Source: a virus. From it: 64,000 nt of DNA. Shown here one piece after another: positions 37,741-45,798 of this stretch (the first letter of the stretch is position 1; the number at the start of each line of letters is the position of its first letter). Under the pieces are notes generated by a model. That model had not been told where the DNA came from. It worked only from the letters and a program-made list of their open reading frames with translations, and made no database searches. Made by a program: the position numbers and the translations under genes. The stretch spans positions 81,434 to 145,433 of IMG/VR virus record IMGVR_UViG_3300017971_000207. The stretch is one strand, 5' to 3'.

Positions 37741-37877
37741 ATGCTCCCGATAACGTTATCGGGAGTTTTAGAGGGCCTAGGGAGGAGTAGGGAGGCAGCT
37801 CGGCGAGGGAGCCCTGTAAAACTCCCTTGTGTTAGTTATAGGGAGTTTAGGGTACATCCGTTTGGTCTAGGGAGTTT
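37741..37877. repeat. Cluster of AAACTCCC/GGGAGTTT motifs with a 22-bp perfect palindrome
   Basis: CTCCCGATAACGTTATCGGGAG at 37744-37765; inverted pair 37819/37841; further copy at 37870. Confidence 0.7.
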
Positions 37878-37925
37878 CCGGCGCGCCTGCGGCGAGGCCG
37901 GCAGGGCCGGCCCAAGCCCTAGAGC

Positions 37926-38120
37926 CTAGGGCTTGGGCCGCGGCACGCCTCGGTGGAGGCGAAGCGGCGGGGCCTCGATGAGCAGAGTGATCGCGCGCTC
38001 GTAGTCACCCTCACGCTCGGCCTGCAGAGCTGCGGGCGGTAGGACGTAGCACTCGTGGCCCACCGGCTTGCCATCACTGAGCCGGTGGGCGTGGTTGCAG
38101 TAGGTGGTGCAGTAGATCAT
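37926..38120 (-). CDS. Small His/Cys-containing protein
   Basis: ATGA overlap; C..C.H.H..H.C. Confidence 0.55.
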   Translation of the reverse strand: MIYCTTYCNHAHRLSDGKPVGHECYVLPPAALQAEREGDYERAITLLIEAPPLRLHRGVPRPKP

Positions 38121-38626
38121 CTAACCCTCACGGATACGTAGACCCACATCTCCTCATGGGCGTCCGGAGGAAGGCGCGCATCATCTGCTGTGGGCGCATC
38201 GGGCCAATCGTCGGCGTCGTCGAGGATCCAACCTGCTTGACCTAGCTGCTCCAAGGCATCCTCGAACGCTTCGGCTGCGTCGGCGCCTACGCCTGTAGCC
38301 GCAGCGCGGAAGTCCGTGACGGTTAGGCCGCAGCCCTGGAAGTACTGCTCATGCTCGACGCCGTGGACGATCACGTCGTGAGCCGCAACCGTGCGTCGAG
38401 GCGTGGTGGCGCTGAAGTGAGGCTCGCACAGTGATGGTGGGCGCTTCAACGCCTCGACGCACAGGTTAGCTAGGCGCTCTCGGACATCGGCGGGGATGTC
38501 CGCGCGGTCCTCCTTCAGGATAGCCTCTACCCCGCGGCGCAAGGCAAACAGCATGTCCTCGACCTCGCGGATACTCTGCTGGGCTCTTCGTATCTCCTGG
38601 TGCAGCTCTTCCTCGTGTGTTGCCAT
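38117..38626 (-). CDS. Hypothetical early protein
   Basis: RBS AGGAGG; HG.EH.QYFQGCG motif. Confidence 0.7.
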   Translation of the reverse strand: MATHEEELHQEIRRAQQSIREVEDMLFALRRGVEAILKEDRADIPADVRERLANLCVEALKRPPSLCEPHFSATTPRRTVAAHDVIVHGVEHEQYFQGCGLTVTDFRAAATGVGADAAEAFEDALEQLGQAGWILDDADDWPDAPTADDARLPPDAHEEMWVYVSVRVR

Positions 38627-38635
38627 TAGTTCCTC

Positions 38636-38681
38636 CTACCCCGAAAGCCCCAGGCTTGAAGGCTCTGGGGCTTTGGTGGGG
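38636..38681 (-). other. Conserved bulged-A stem-loop leader element (copy 3)
   Basis: AAAGCCCCAG-A-GC-CUUCAA-GC-CUGGGGCUUU. Confidence 0.6.
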
Positions 38682-38691
38682 ACGCCTCGGG

Positions 38692-38973
38692 CTACCCTAG
38701 GCGCCGATCGTCAAGGTCAAGGTCCGGAGGGTAGAGCGCGGTGAGGTCAAGCACCTCACGCGTGGAGGCGCCCGTGCTGTCGCGGAGCTCCCATCGGTCA
38801 GCGCTCACACGGACCATACAGATCACACCGCCGGTTAGGTCCACCAAGGTTAGGGCCGTGCGGAACGCGTCAGCAGCCGACGCGCCGACGAGCACGGTGG
38901 TGCCGCCGTCACGCGAGCGGAAGGTGCGGAAGGTTGGGGTAGAAGGAGCAGGCGGGGTCATCGTTTTGGTCAT
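38692..38973 (-). CDS. Hypothetical early protein
   Basis: RBS GGAG; downstream of promoter. Confidence 0.6.
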   Translation of the reverse strand: MTKTMTPPAPSTPTFRTFRSRDGGTTVLVGASAADAFRTALTLVDLTGGVICMVRVSADRWELRDSTGASTREVLDLTALYPPDLDLDDRRLG

Positions 38974-38998
38974 CGTTGATCTCCGTTGTTGCTCCTAT

Positions 38999-39053
38999 AA
39001 TATACCCACTACCTGAACGATTGTCAAGGGTGTGGTGTGTAAACATTACACAC
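38999..39053 (-). promoter_or_regulatory. Sigma70-type promoter with upstream operator
   Basis: TTGACA-17-TATATT; GTGTG-N9-CACAC at 39035-39053. Confidence 0.75.
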
Positions 39054-39079
39054 CATGTCCTTACGCCGCGGCACTCTGC

Positions 39080-39430
39080 TCAGTCGATCTTCCTAGGTAC
39101 ATCGACGCCCACAGAGCGGGGAAGGCCCCCGTAGGCGCGGATCAAAGCGAGGGCAGCGTCAAAGGCTGTGGAGACCTCGTGGGTTCCACCGGCGAGTGAG
39201 CCCGCCTCTACGAGGAACGGCTCGCCGTAGCCCTCGCGAGTGATGTGGCAACCCCACACCGAGACTGAGCCGCCGTCGCAGGCATAGTCCTCGATGATGG
39301 TTGCAAGCCCCATCACGGGGCACGAGCCCGAGTGAATGCTCCGGGAGCCGACCCAGCGCTGGCCGTCGTCGGAGGCGTGAAGGCTGGGGTCGTAGGGGTG
39401 GGGGGCGGTCTGGTCGACGGTCAAGGTCAT
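39080..39430 (-). CDS. Hypothetical early protein
   Basis: RBS AAGGAG. Confidence 0.6.
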   Translation of the reverse strand: MTLTVDQTAPHPYDPSLHASDDGQRWVGSRSIHSGSCPVMGLATIIEDYACDGGSVSVWGCHITREGYGEPFLVEAGSLAGGTHEVSTAFDAALALIRAYGGLPRSVGVDVPRKID

Positions 39431-39532
39431 GTGTTGCTCCTTCGAGATTCGGTCCTAACAAGCGTTGCCCGTGCTAGAGGTCAGCCCCCACGGGCAGGGG
39501 CTCTCGGGCCTCTACAGGCCCACCAGGCGCCG

Positions 39533-40225
39533 CTATGCAGCCTTCTGGCCGGGGAGGGTGGAGATCCCCTTGGTGCCGATGACCGCCATGCCGGGGAAGG
39601 TGTCCGAGAGGGCAGCCCACAGCTCTTTGCGGCTTTTGAGCGCAATATAGCGGCCCTTGGGAACGCGCACGCCCTGGACCTCGGTCTTGCCGTCGGCCCA
39701 TCGGCGCCAGACCTTATGAGCCTTGAGCGCCTCGTTGAGCTCGGGGCTATAGGGGGTGGTGAGCTTGAGGCACGGCCCAAAGTCGGGGTGCTCGCTGGCC
39801 TCGACCTTAAGCGCGCCAGCGTTGGTGGTGATACGCTTGGCAAGCTTGTGGTAGCCAAGGGCGAAGATGATGGCCGCAAGGGCGTACACCTTGACAGTGC
39901 CCTGCACTAACGCGCAAGCGTAGGTCAAGGCATTGCAAGCCTTGCGGGCGTCGCCTGCAACGATCGCAACGGGGCCGCCCGGACCTGCGACCGAGCCAGA
40001 CTCCAGCTCCTTGTCCAGGAGCACAGAGGCCGTGGCCCAGTCAGCCTCCACACAGGGGACCTTGTAGCCGTGCTTGCGCCGGCACACAGGACCTACGCCC
40101 GTCTCCACCGACGCCGCGTCCACGAGCTCCTTGCCGCAGCAGGCGCAGTTGGAGGCCAACATGGCGCAGGCGGGGGACTGGGTGTAATCGGAAGCGGCGG
40201 CGGTGTGGGCGGTGGTCTTGGTCAT
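39533..40225 (-). CDS. DUF6011-like Zn-finger domain protein
   Basis: CACCGKELVD..SV..GVGPVC. Confidence 0.75.
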   Translation of the reverse strand: MTKTTAHTAAASDYTQSPACAMLASNCACCGKELVDAASVETGVGPVCRRKHGYKVPCVEADWATASVLLDKELESGSVAGPGGPVAIVAGDARKACNALTYACALVQGTVKVYALAAIIFALGYHKLAKRITTNAGALKVEASEHPDFGPCLKLTTPYSPELNEALKAHKVWRRWADGKTEVQGVRVPKGRYIALKSRKELWAALSDTFPGMAVIGTKGISTLPGQKAA

Positions 40226-40250
40226 CGTGTGCTCTCCTCGTTGCGTCGTT

Positions 40251-40310
40251 GTGAGTATATAATACACACCCACCCCCACCCTGTCAAGGGTGTGTGTATC
40301 TTTTACTCAC
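40251..40310 (-). promoter_or_regulatory. Sigma70-type promoter with two operators
   Basis: TTGACA-17-TATTAT; GTGTG-N9-CTCAC and GTGAG-N9-CACAC. Confidence 0.8.
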
Positions 40311-40366
40311 TTTTTTTCAAACGTGGGGGTCGGGGCAACGATAATGGGGACTTAGCCCGAGCGACC

Positions 40367-41104
40367 TCAGTCCAGGAGGTACTGGCGGATGTCCGAGATC
40401 AGATTCCACACGCTCCACTTGTTGGAGGCGTAGCGCAGGCGATCTTCGATCGTCCCCTCCTCGGGCAGCTGCCAGCCGAGGTTGAGCCGCGACAGCACGG
40501 CGTCTACGCGCTCTGCAGCTGCCTGTAGGTCGGCCTCCTGGGCCACTAGGGTCTTGGGGTCCTTGGAGGTCCGAAAGGCCCGCAGGGCGTCTCCTACGGC
40601 CAGCACGTCGGCTTTAATCTCGGATACCCAGGAGGCCGGGAGCTGGCTGTCGTCGGCCTCAAAGATGGCGTCGTACGCCTCGATGATGTCGCGGGCCCAG
40701 CGGAGGTACTTGGCCGGCTTGAGGCTCTCGTAAGAGCTCTCAAAGGGGAGGGCGTAGGCGAAGCTCTCCTCGAAGTCGTACGCGTCCACGCGCGCCTGGG
40801 CAAGCTGCGGGTTGGCGAGCACGCGCTCGTACTCACCTCGACCTAGCCCTATGACGTGAGCCAGGAGGTCCGAGAAGCTGTCGTCTCCGAGCCCTTCGAC
40901 CACCGGGCCGATGGCCTTGGACAGACGCCCCTCCAGCACGTGGAAGGTCCCCCGCAGCGCGACGGCCTGCGCCCGGTCGAGCTCCCGCAGGAGCCGCTTC
41001 TCAATCACCTTGTAGTCTGTGGTCTCGGTGCCCCAGCCGAGGGGCTCGGTGGTGCTCCAGAAGCGGGTGATGGCGGCGGGGGATGCTGGGTCGGTCTTGG
41101 TCAT
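40367..41104 (-). CDS. Hypothetical early protein (DUF4240-like N-terminus)
   Basis: FW..GW..GDDSFSDL.AHVIGLG..YE..ESFAY. Confidence 0.65.
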   Translation of the reverse strand: MTKTDPASPAAITRFWSTTEPLGWGTETTDYKVIEKRLLRELDRAQAVALRGTFHVLEGRLSKAIGPVVEGLGDDSFSDLLAHVIGLGRGEYERVLANPQLAQARVDAYDFEESFAYALPFESSYESLKPAKYLRWARDIIEAYDAIFEADDSQLPASWVSEIKADVLAVGDALRAFRTSKDPKTLVAQEADLQAAAERVDAVLSRLNLGWQLPEEGTIEDRLRYASNKWSVWNLISDIRQYLLD

Positions 41105-41136
41105 GGTGTGCTCCTAGCGTGTGGTTGCTGGTCTCT

Positions 41137-41180
41137 CTAACGCCTTAAGCCCGAGGCCAGCTAAGACTCTCGGGCGGAGG
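41137..41180 (-). other. Conserved bulged-A stem-loop leader element (copy 4)
   Basis: GCCCGAG-A-GUC-UUAGCU-GGC-CUCGGGC-UUAAGGCGUUAG. Confidence 0.6.
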
Positions 41181-41200
41181 CAACGACCACGTGGTCGTTG

Positions 41201-41500
41201 CTACGCGGCGATCTTGATGTCGTGCGCCTGGAGGTCGAGGGCCTGGAGGTCCGAGAGCAGCTGGTGCTCCACGAAGAGCGCGCGGATAGCCGCGAGGCTG
41301 CCCTTCTCGACCAGCACCAGGCCAACCTCCTCAAACTTATGCACCTGGACGCCGAGGGCCTGGAGGTCCGAGAGCAGACCGTGCTCATCAGCCAGCGCAC
41401 GGATGGCCGGGAGCGCGGAGGCGCTCAGAAAGACCCACTGCTCGTAGTCTGAGGTTAGGTTCAGGGTGGCGGTCTCAAGGTCGATGGTCAGGGTGGTCAT
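41201..41500 (-). CDS. Hypothetical early protein with internal duplication
   Basis: AIRAL..EH.LLSDLQAL..Q.H occurs twice. Confidence 0.7.
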   Translation of the reverse strand: MTTLTIDLETATLNLTSDYEQWVFLSASALPAIRALADEHGLLSDLQALGVQVHKFEEVGLVLVEKGSLAAIRALFVEHQLLSDLQALDLQAHDIKIAA

Positions 41501-41525
41501 GTGTGTTGCTCCTCGTTGCTACGTT

Positions 41526-41585
41526 GTGTGTATAACTTACTCACTTTCGACCAGCTGTCAACCCTTGTGAGTAACTTTTTCTCGC
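41526..41585 (-). promoter_or_regulatory. Sigma70-type promoter with two operators
   Basis: TTGACA-16-TAAGTT; GTGAG-N9-CACAC and GCGAG-N9-CTCAC. Confidence 0.75.
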
Positions 41586-41683
41586 TTTTCTTTTTCGGTT
41601 GAGGGATCGCTCGTATTAACAACCACTTACGGCGGCGCTCTCGGGCCTGCTGGTGGAGTAGCGCGGGCCCGAGAGCGCGGAGG

Positions 41684-42238
41684 CTACATCTCGTCGATGG
41701 CCGACTCGGGGCAGGACTCGGGACCCCAATCACGGATTGAGGGCTGAGTCTCTGGGCAAGGCTCCTCACCGTCGTCGCAGCAGCCCGAGAGCCAGTCGGT
41801 GTGCGACTCCTCGGTCAGCTCTGGCACGACCACGAGCTTAGGTGCTGGAGCGGCCTTGGGGGCCGAGGTGGGCTTGTTGACCTCCCGCATGTAGGCGGTG
41901 TGGAGGTTGCGCACGCGGCGCCGCGTGGCCACGTAGCAAGCCCGCAGCTCAGTAAGCTCTGCCAGCAGCTCGGCTGGCGCCTCCGCGCCCAGAGCATCGG
42001 CAGCCTCACGGAGGTCACGGCCCACAGCCTCAAGGTCCGTCAGGCGAACCCGCACGAAGGAGAGGCTCTGGCGCAGGGCCTCCTCCTTGGTCGGCTCCAG
42101 CTTGGTGCCCTCACACCGATAGCAGACCCCACCGTCCGGGCGCCACCACTCAGGGCGACGACCTTTGCCCTGGCAACGGACACAGGGCTTACGGTCGGAG
42201 GTGGTGTGAGAGACGGTGTGGGCGGTGGCGTTGGTCAT
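41684..42238 (-). CDS. DnaJ-type Zn-finger early protein
   Basis: CVRCQGKG..GGVCYRCEG. Confidence 0.7.
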   Translation of the reverse strand: MTNATAHTVSHTTSDRKPCVRCQGKGRRPEWWRPDGGVCYRCEGTKLEPTKEEALRQSLSFVRVRLTDLEAVGRDLREAADALGAEAPAELLAELTELRACYVATRRRVRNLHTAYMREVNKPTSAPKAAPAPKLVVVPELTEESHTDWLSGCCDDGEEPCPETQPSIRDWGPESCPESAIDEM

Positions 42239-42263
42239 TGTGCGATCTCCTTGCTGCGTCGTT

Positions 42264-42324
42264 GTGAGTATAAGATACACACTCCAGACGATCCTGTCAA
42301 GAAGAGTGAGTAACTTTTTCTCAC
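42264..42324 (-). promoter_or_regulatory. Sigma70-type promoter with two operators (near copy of 27714 promoter)
   Basis: TTGACA-17-TATCTT; GTGTG-N9-CTCAC and GTGAG-N9-CTCAC. Confidence 0.8.
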
Positions 42325-42373
42325 TTTTTCGGCGCAGTGTTAAGATCGTGAGACCTTACGCGCACTTAGCGAG

Positions 42374-42703
42374 CTAGTGTGGTGGGGGTAGGCGCTCCTC
42401 ATGCCAGGTGGGGTAGAGCTGGCCCGAGAGCACCGAAGCTAACCTCCGTGCGTCCTTCCTGGCCTGAGAAAGGCTCCTAAAGCGTCGAGGGCCTTCGGCG
42501 GGCACGCGCACCCCTGGGATAGCTCGGGGACCTTGTGGGCTAACCTCGTGCACGAGACGAGCACGGACGGTGTAGGTCCAGCCGACAGCTAGGGGCTCCT
42601 GTCGGACCTCGACCGTCCAGCGCTCGGCACGTCGCCAAGTGGCCGGGCGTAGCGAGCTATCCCACCGAGCCGGGGCGTCCACGGTTAGGCGGGTGCGGAG
42701 CAC
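42374..42703 (-). CDS. Hypothetical protein
   Basis: GTG start after GGAGG. Confidence 0.5.
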   Translation of the reverse strand: MLRTRLTVDAPARWDSSLRPATWRRAERWTVEVRQEPLAVGWTYTVRARLVHEVSPQGPRAIPGVRVPAEGPRRFRSLSQARKDARRLASVLSGQLYPTWHEERLPPPH

Positions 42704-42924
42704 GGGCTACCCTCCCGACGGTAGATAAAGCCTGAGCCATACGGGACCGCCTTCAGCCCGAGGTCCAGCAGCCGCTTCCCAATACCCGAGAGGGCTCCGT
42801 GGGCTGGGCTGTTTAGGAGCAGGGCGGAGGCTCCCCCCGCCTTGGTCCACTGCCAATCCTCCCATTCCTCCAGCTGCTCTGCCGCCAGGGCGGCCAAGGC
42901 TCGCATTATAGTCTCTCTGTCCAT
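42685..42924 (-). CDS. Hypothetical protein
   Basis: RBS AGGAG; AL.A..L.E.EDWQW shared with 42906 ORF. Confidence 0.6.
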   Translation of the reverse strand: MDRETIMRALAALAAEQLEEWEDWQWTKAGGASALLLNSPAHGALSGIGKRLLDLGLKAVPYGSGFIYRREGSPCSAPA

Positions 42925-43229
42925 CTGTCTGTTCTCCTGTGATGATGATCGGGCCTCGGTGCTGGGCAGCAGGGAGGCTCGGGGTGGTAGTACACGTAGC
43001 CCATGCCATAGTCGTCCACTCGGAGCCCCAGAGCGCAGAGCTCCCGGCCGATGTCCGACAGACCGTCATGGTCAAGGTCAAAAAGCTCGATTGCCTCCCG
43101 CCGGGACAGCCAGAAGAGCTTGGACTCGTAGTGATAGGTGATCCACTGCCAATCCTCCCCCTCCACAAGGCCGGCAGCCTCAAGGGCGTTCAGGGTAGCA
43201 GCGCGGGTGCCGGGACTCAGCTTAGTCAT
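42906..43229 (-). CDS. Hypothetical protein (paralog of 42685 ORF)
   Basis: EDWQW..LS.IG..L..LGL...YG.G shared. Confidence 0.6.
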   Translation of the reverse strand: MTKLSPGTRAATLNALEAAGLVEGEDWQWITYHYESKLFWLSRREAIELFDLDHDGLSDIGRELCALGLRVDDYGMGYVYYHPEPPCCPAPRPDHHHRRTDRWTERL

Positions 43230-43232
43230 CTC

Positions 43233-43469
43233 TCAGACCTCCTTGCAAGCCACCCAAAGGCTCGGGCTCCAGATGTGGTCTGGCTGATACGCGCCGGTCC
43301 GCTCCCGCCACTCCTTGAAGGCGCGGAGCTCAGGCTCATGGCGGCAACCGCCGCACTCTGTCCGCCCGCAATAGGCTGACTGACAGTGGGCGGGGTACCA
43401 GCGCTCCTCGGGAGCACGCCGGCGAGCCTCTCGGGCTTTGATCTGAGCTTTGATGTGGTCGTTTAGCAT
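43233..43469 (-). CDS. Small Cys-rich protein
   Basis: CQSAYCGRTECGGC. Confidence 0.55.
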   Translation of the reverse strand: MLNDHIKAQIKAREARRRAPEERWYPAHCQSAYCGRTECGGCRHEPELRAFKEWRERTGAYQPDHIWSPSLWVACKEV

Positions 43470-43549
43470 GGATCGTTGTCGGTTAAGGTGTGGTTAGACG
43501 TAACTGTCGGACAATAGGGATCGGCCCCCCAAGCGCGACCACGTGGTCG

Positions 43550-43861
43550 CTACCTGAGATACCCCACCCCGTAGCGGCTCATGTTGCCCCAGCTGCTGGG
43601 GTCGTAGATGTTCCCACGGGAACCCTTAGCTGGCCCCTTCCACCCCCTCGGCTTGAGCACCGTGCCGTCGTCCTTGCGGACGAAACAGTAGACCGAGCGG
43701 CCCGACGAGGACCCGTGGGGGTCTTTGAATACGCGTACATAGCGCGGCCCGGCGGTCGTCCCAAGCGTGTCGGGCTTGAGCGATGGGTGGTTGTAGCCAA
43801 GCCCCAAGGACTCGATGTGGCGGATGAAGGCGGATAGGGCTGTGCTGAAGTCGTTGGTCAT
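43550..43861 (-). CDS. Conserved phage-type hypothetical protein
   Basis: YVRV..SVYCFV..G.VLKP..WK.PAK..RGNI. Confidence 0.75.
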   Translation of the reverse strand: MTNDFSTALSAFIRHIESLGLGYNHPSLKPDTLGTTAGPRYVRVFKDPHGSSSGRSVYCFVRKDDGTVLKPRGWKGPAKGSRGNIYDPSSWGNMSRYGVGYLR

Positions 43862-43947
43862 GGTTGGTCTCGTTGCGTTGGTTGACGGCGGCTGTGAGCT
43901 GTGGTAGGGTCGAGGACCTCTGTCAAGAGAGGTCCTCGGGGGGCAGA

Positions 43948-44223
43948 CTAGGCGCGGAGGTGGTCAAAGCAGCACGGGCAGATGTGAGCGCCGGGCCCGA
44001 GCTGCTCCCCCTCACGCTTCCCACACTCGTCGCAGGGATGGGTAGGGGAGGTCAGGGTTAGGGGGAGCACGCGGACCACGAAAGGTTCGCGGGTCGGGTG
44101 AGCCTGCGCCACGCGGGCTGCAGCCGCGGCGTAGGAGGGATAGCCCCCGCGGCTAAGGCCGCACAGAACGTGCGGGCCAAGGGTGCCGGCGGCTCGGTCT
44201 GCTCTACACATGTAGTAATACAT
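43948..44223 (-). CDS. Small Zn-finger protein
   Basis: CDECG..CPCC; ATG 8 nt after -10. Confidence 0.55.
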   Translation of the reverse strand: MYYYMCRADRAAGTLGPHVLCGLSRGGYPSYAAAAARVAQAHPTREPFVVRVLPLTLTSPTHPCDECGKREGEQLGPGAHICPCCFDHLRA

Positions 44224-44284
44224 TTACCTATAAGATACCCACTAGTCTGACGATTGTCAAGGAAAGTGAGTACGTTTTCCGCAC
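44224..44284 (-). promoter_or_regulatory. Sigma70-type promoter with upstream operator
   Basis: TTGACA-17-TATCTT; GTGCG-N9-CTCAC upstream. Confidence 0.75.
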
Positions 44285-44565
44285 TTTTCTTTTTCCTAAT
44301 GATTCCGCATAGTGTTGTTAGGTGCCATCGCCGCGCGCGCGCACACGCGCGAGGGGGGTTGATCTGCGTCGAGATCACTAAACCTCCTCGCAAACCTCCC
44401 CCAAGCCTCCCGGATGGCGCGCACAGAACCTCCACCTCCCCTCGACGGGGACGGCTCGTGCTGCCCCGAGAATCGATTCTAACGCGCCCTCGTGCTCGGG
44501 CAGGGCTGAGGGTGTCCGAGAGCCTCGCCCGGCTCCTGGAGGTGTCCTCGGCCGAGTATGGGGCC

Positions 44566-44859
44566 TTACGGCTCTGCTGGGGCCGAAGCCTCTTCCTTCT
44601 TCGTGGGAGGCCGCAGCGCGAACCTAGCCGCTAGGGCCATCTCGCGGATCTCCTCTCTACCCTCCCGCAACGCCGGCACCGAGTTAAGCCAGTTGTGCAG
44701 CGTCTTTCGCTCGATCCCCAGATCTCGGGCCGCCGGCGCAGCCATACCGCGATGCTCCCTAAGCGCCCCAAGCACCTCCGCTAACGCCGCCGGGTCCCCC
44801 AACCTCAAACGCGCTCCAAGAATCCGAGTCCGATCTCTGCTCATCTGTCCCTCACTCAT
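44566..44859 (-). CDS. Fis-type helix-turn-helix protein
   Basis: ALREHRG...AARDLGIERKTLHNWL. Confidence 0.75.
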   Translation of the reverse strand: MSEGQMSRDRTRILGARLRLGDPAALAEVLGALREHRGMAAPAARDLGIERKTLHNWLNSVPALREGREEIREMALAARFALRPPTKKEEASAPAEP

Positions 44860-44963
44860 GTTGATCTCCCGATGTTGTGGGTAACTACTTCTCAGTATAA
44901 CCAGGGAGCCCCTCCTCGTCAACAGCAGCAGCTCCGCAGCCCAGCCCCACAGCAGCCGCCCGA

Positions 44964-45184
44964 AAAGCTCCCTCTAACCACGATCGTCTCCCACCCCCGT
45001 GCGAAACTCCCCAGACCCTATCGAGGCCGCCAGCTCCCGAAACTCCCATAACACCACTGGCGCCGCGCTCGCCCGAAACTCCCTTAGATAAGAGGGCTTA
45101 GGGAGTTTCGCACGTGTCCGAGAGGCCAGACCTCCTAGGGAGCTTTAGGGGGGACCCCCCCCTCCCCCATCGCCTAGGGAGTTT
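44964..45184. repeat. Mirror-symmetric array of AARCTCCC motifs at 36-39 bp spacing
   Basis: Forward copies 44964, 45003, 45039, 45075; inverted copies 45101, 45138, 45177. Confidence 0.75.
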
Positions 45185-45201
45185 GCAAAGGCGGCAAAAA
45201 A

Positions 45202-45312
45202 GCCCTGCCTGTGAGGGCCTGTGAGGCCCTGCCTGTGAGGGCCTGTGAGGCCCTGCCTGTGAGGGCCTGTGAGGCCCTGCCTGTGAGGGCCTGTGAGGCC
45301 CTGCCTGTGAGG
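45202..45312. repeat. 24-bp tandem repeat x4.6 (nine GCCTGTGAGG subunits)
   Basis: Unit GCCCTGCCTGTGAGGGCCTGTGAG, perfect copies. Confidence 0.95.
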
Positions 45313-45798
45313 CGCGCGCTGTAAAGGAAGGAGGAGACGGGGAGCCCAGGAGGAGGGCGGGTAGGTGTCTGGTCAAGGCTCGCGACCCACGATCCGAGCA
45401 CACCTCGGCGCCGACGGCGACCATATTGTCCCGTAATTGTTAGCTTTTTCGTGGTCTGTTGGTAAGCTTAATACGCAGGGAGGCAGCAGGCAAGGATCTC
45501 AAGGGGGGCAGGATGGGCGGGGCTGGTGGCTGGATGGGGGTCTTGTAGGCAGCGGATGGGGCCGAGTAGATGGGGGAGGGGGGCAGCTGAGATCTACTAG
45601 GGGGGTGAGAGGGGAGGGGGGCTATGGTAGAGTGCTGGGAGGCTTTAGACATACCTGACGAGCACCGGCAGTGGAGGCCGAGCGGGGCCACACGGGAGAG
45701 AGGTTAAGATGAGGAGCAGAGGAGCGAGAGCAGCAGCAGCGCGACGAGGGGGTAGGCGTAAGGGCGAGGGGGAGCTACGGCGAGGCTGTGAGGAGCCT

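Noticed and set aside
27714-44284. Operator as a host CRP/FNR or SlmA site
   Set aside because: Half-sites resemble TGTGA and GTGAGTA, but the spacing matches neither TGTGA-N6-TCACA nor GTGAGTACTCAC.
44964-45184. TIGR-like or mini-CRISPR guide array (36-nt period)
   Set aside because: Only 3-4 units per direction, the motif inverts at the centre, and there is no second conserved box or recognisable effector gene nearby; it fits iterons better.
45202-45312. CRISPR array
   Set aside because: Perfect head-to-tail repeats with no unique spacers and no cas genes.
45098-45691. Short ORFs across the repeat region (PHRPSQAG and ASQALTGR repeats)
   Set aside because: Translations of the DNA tandem repeat and G-rich tract, with no RBS or protein-like composition.
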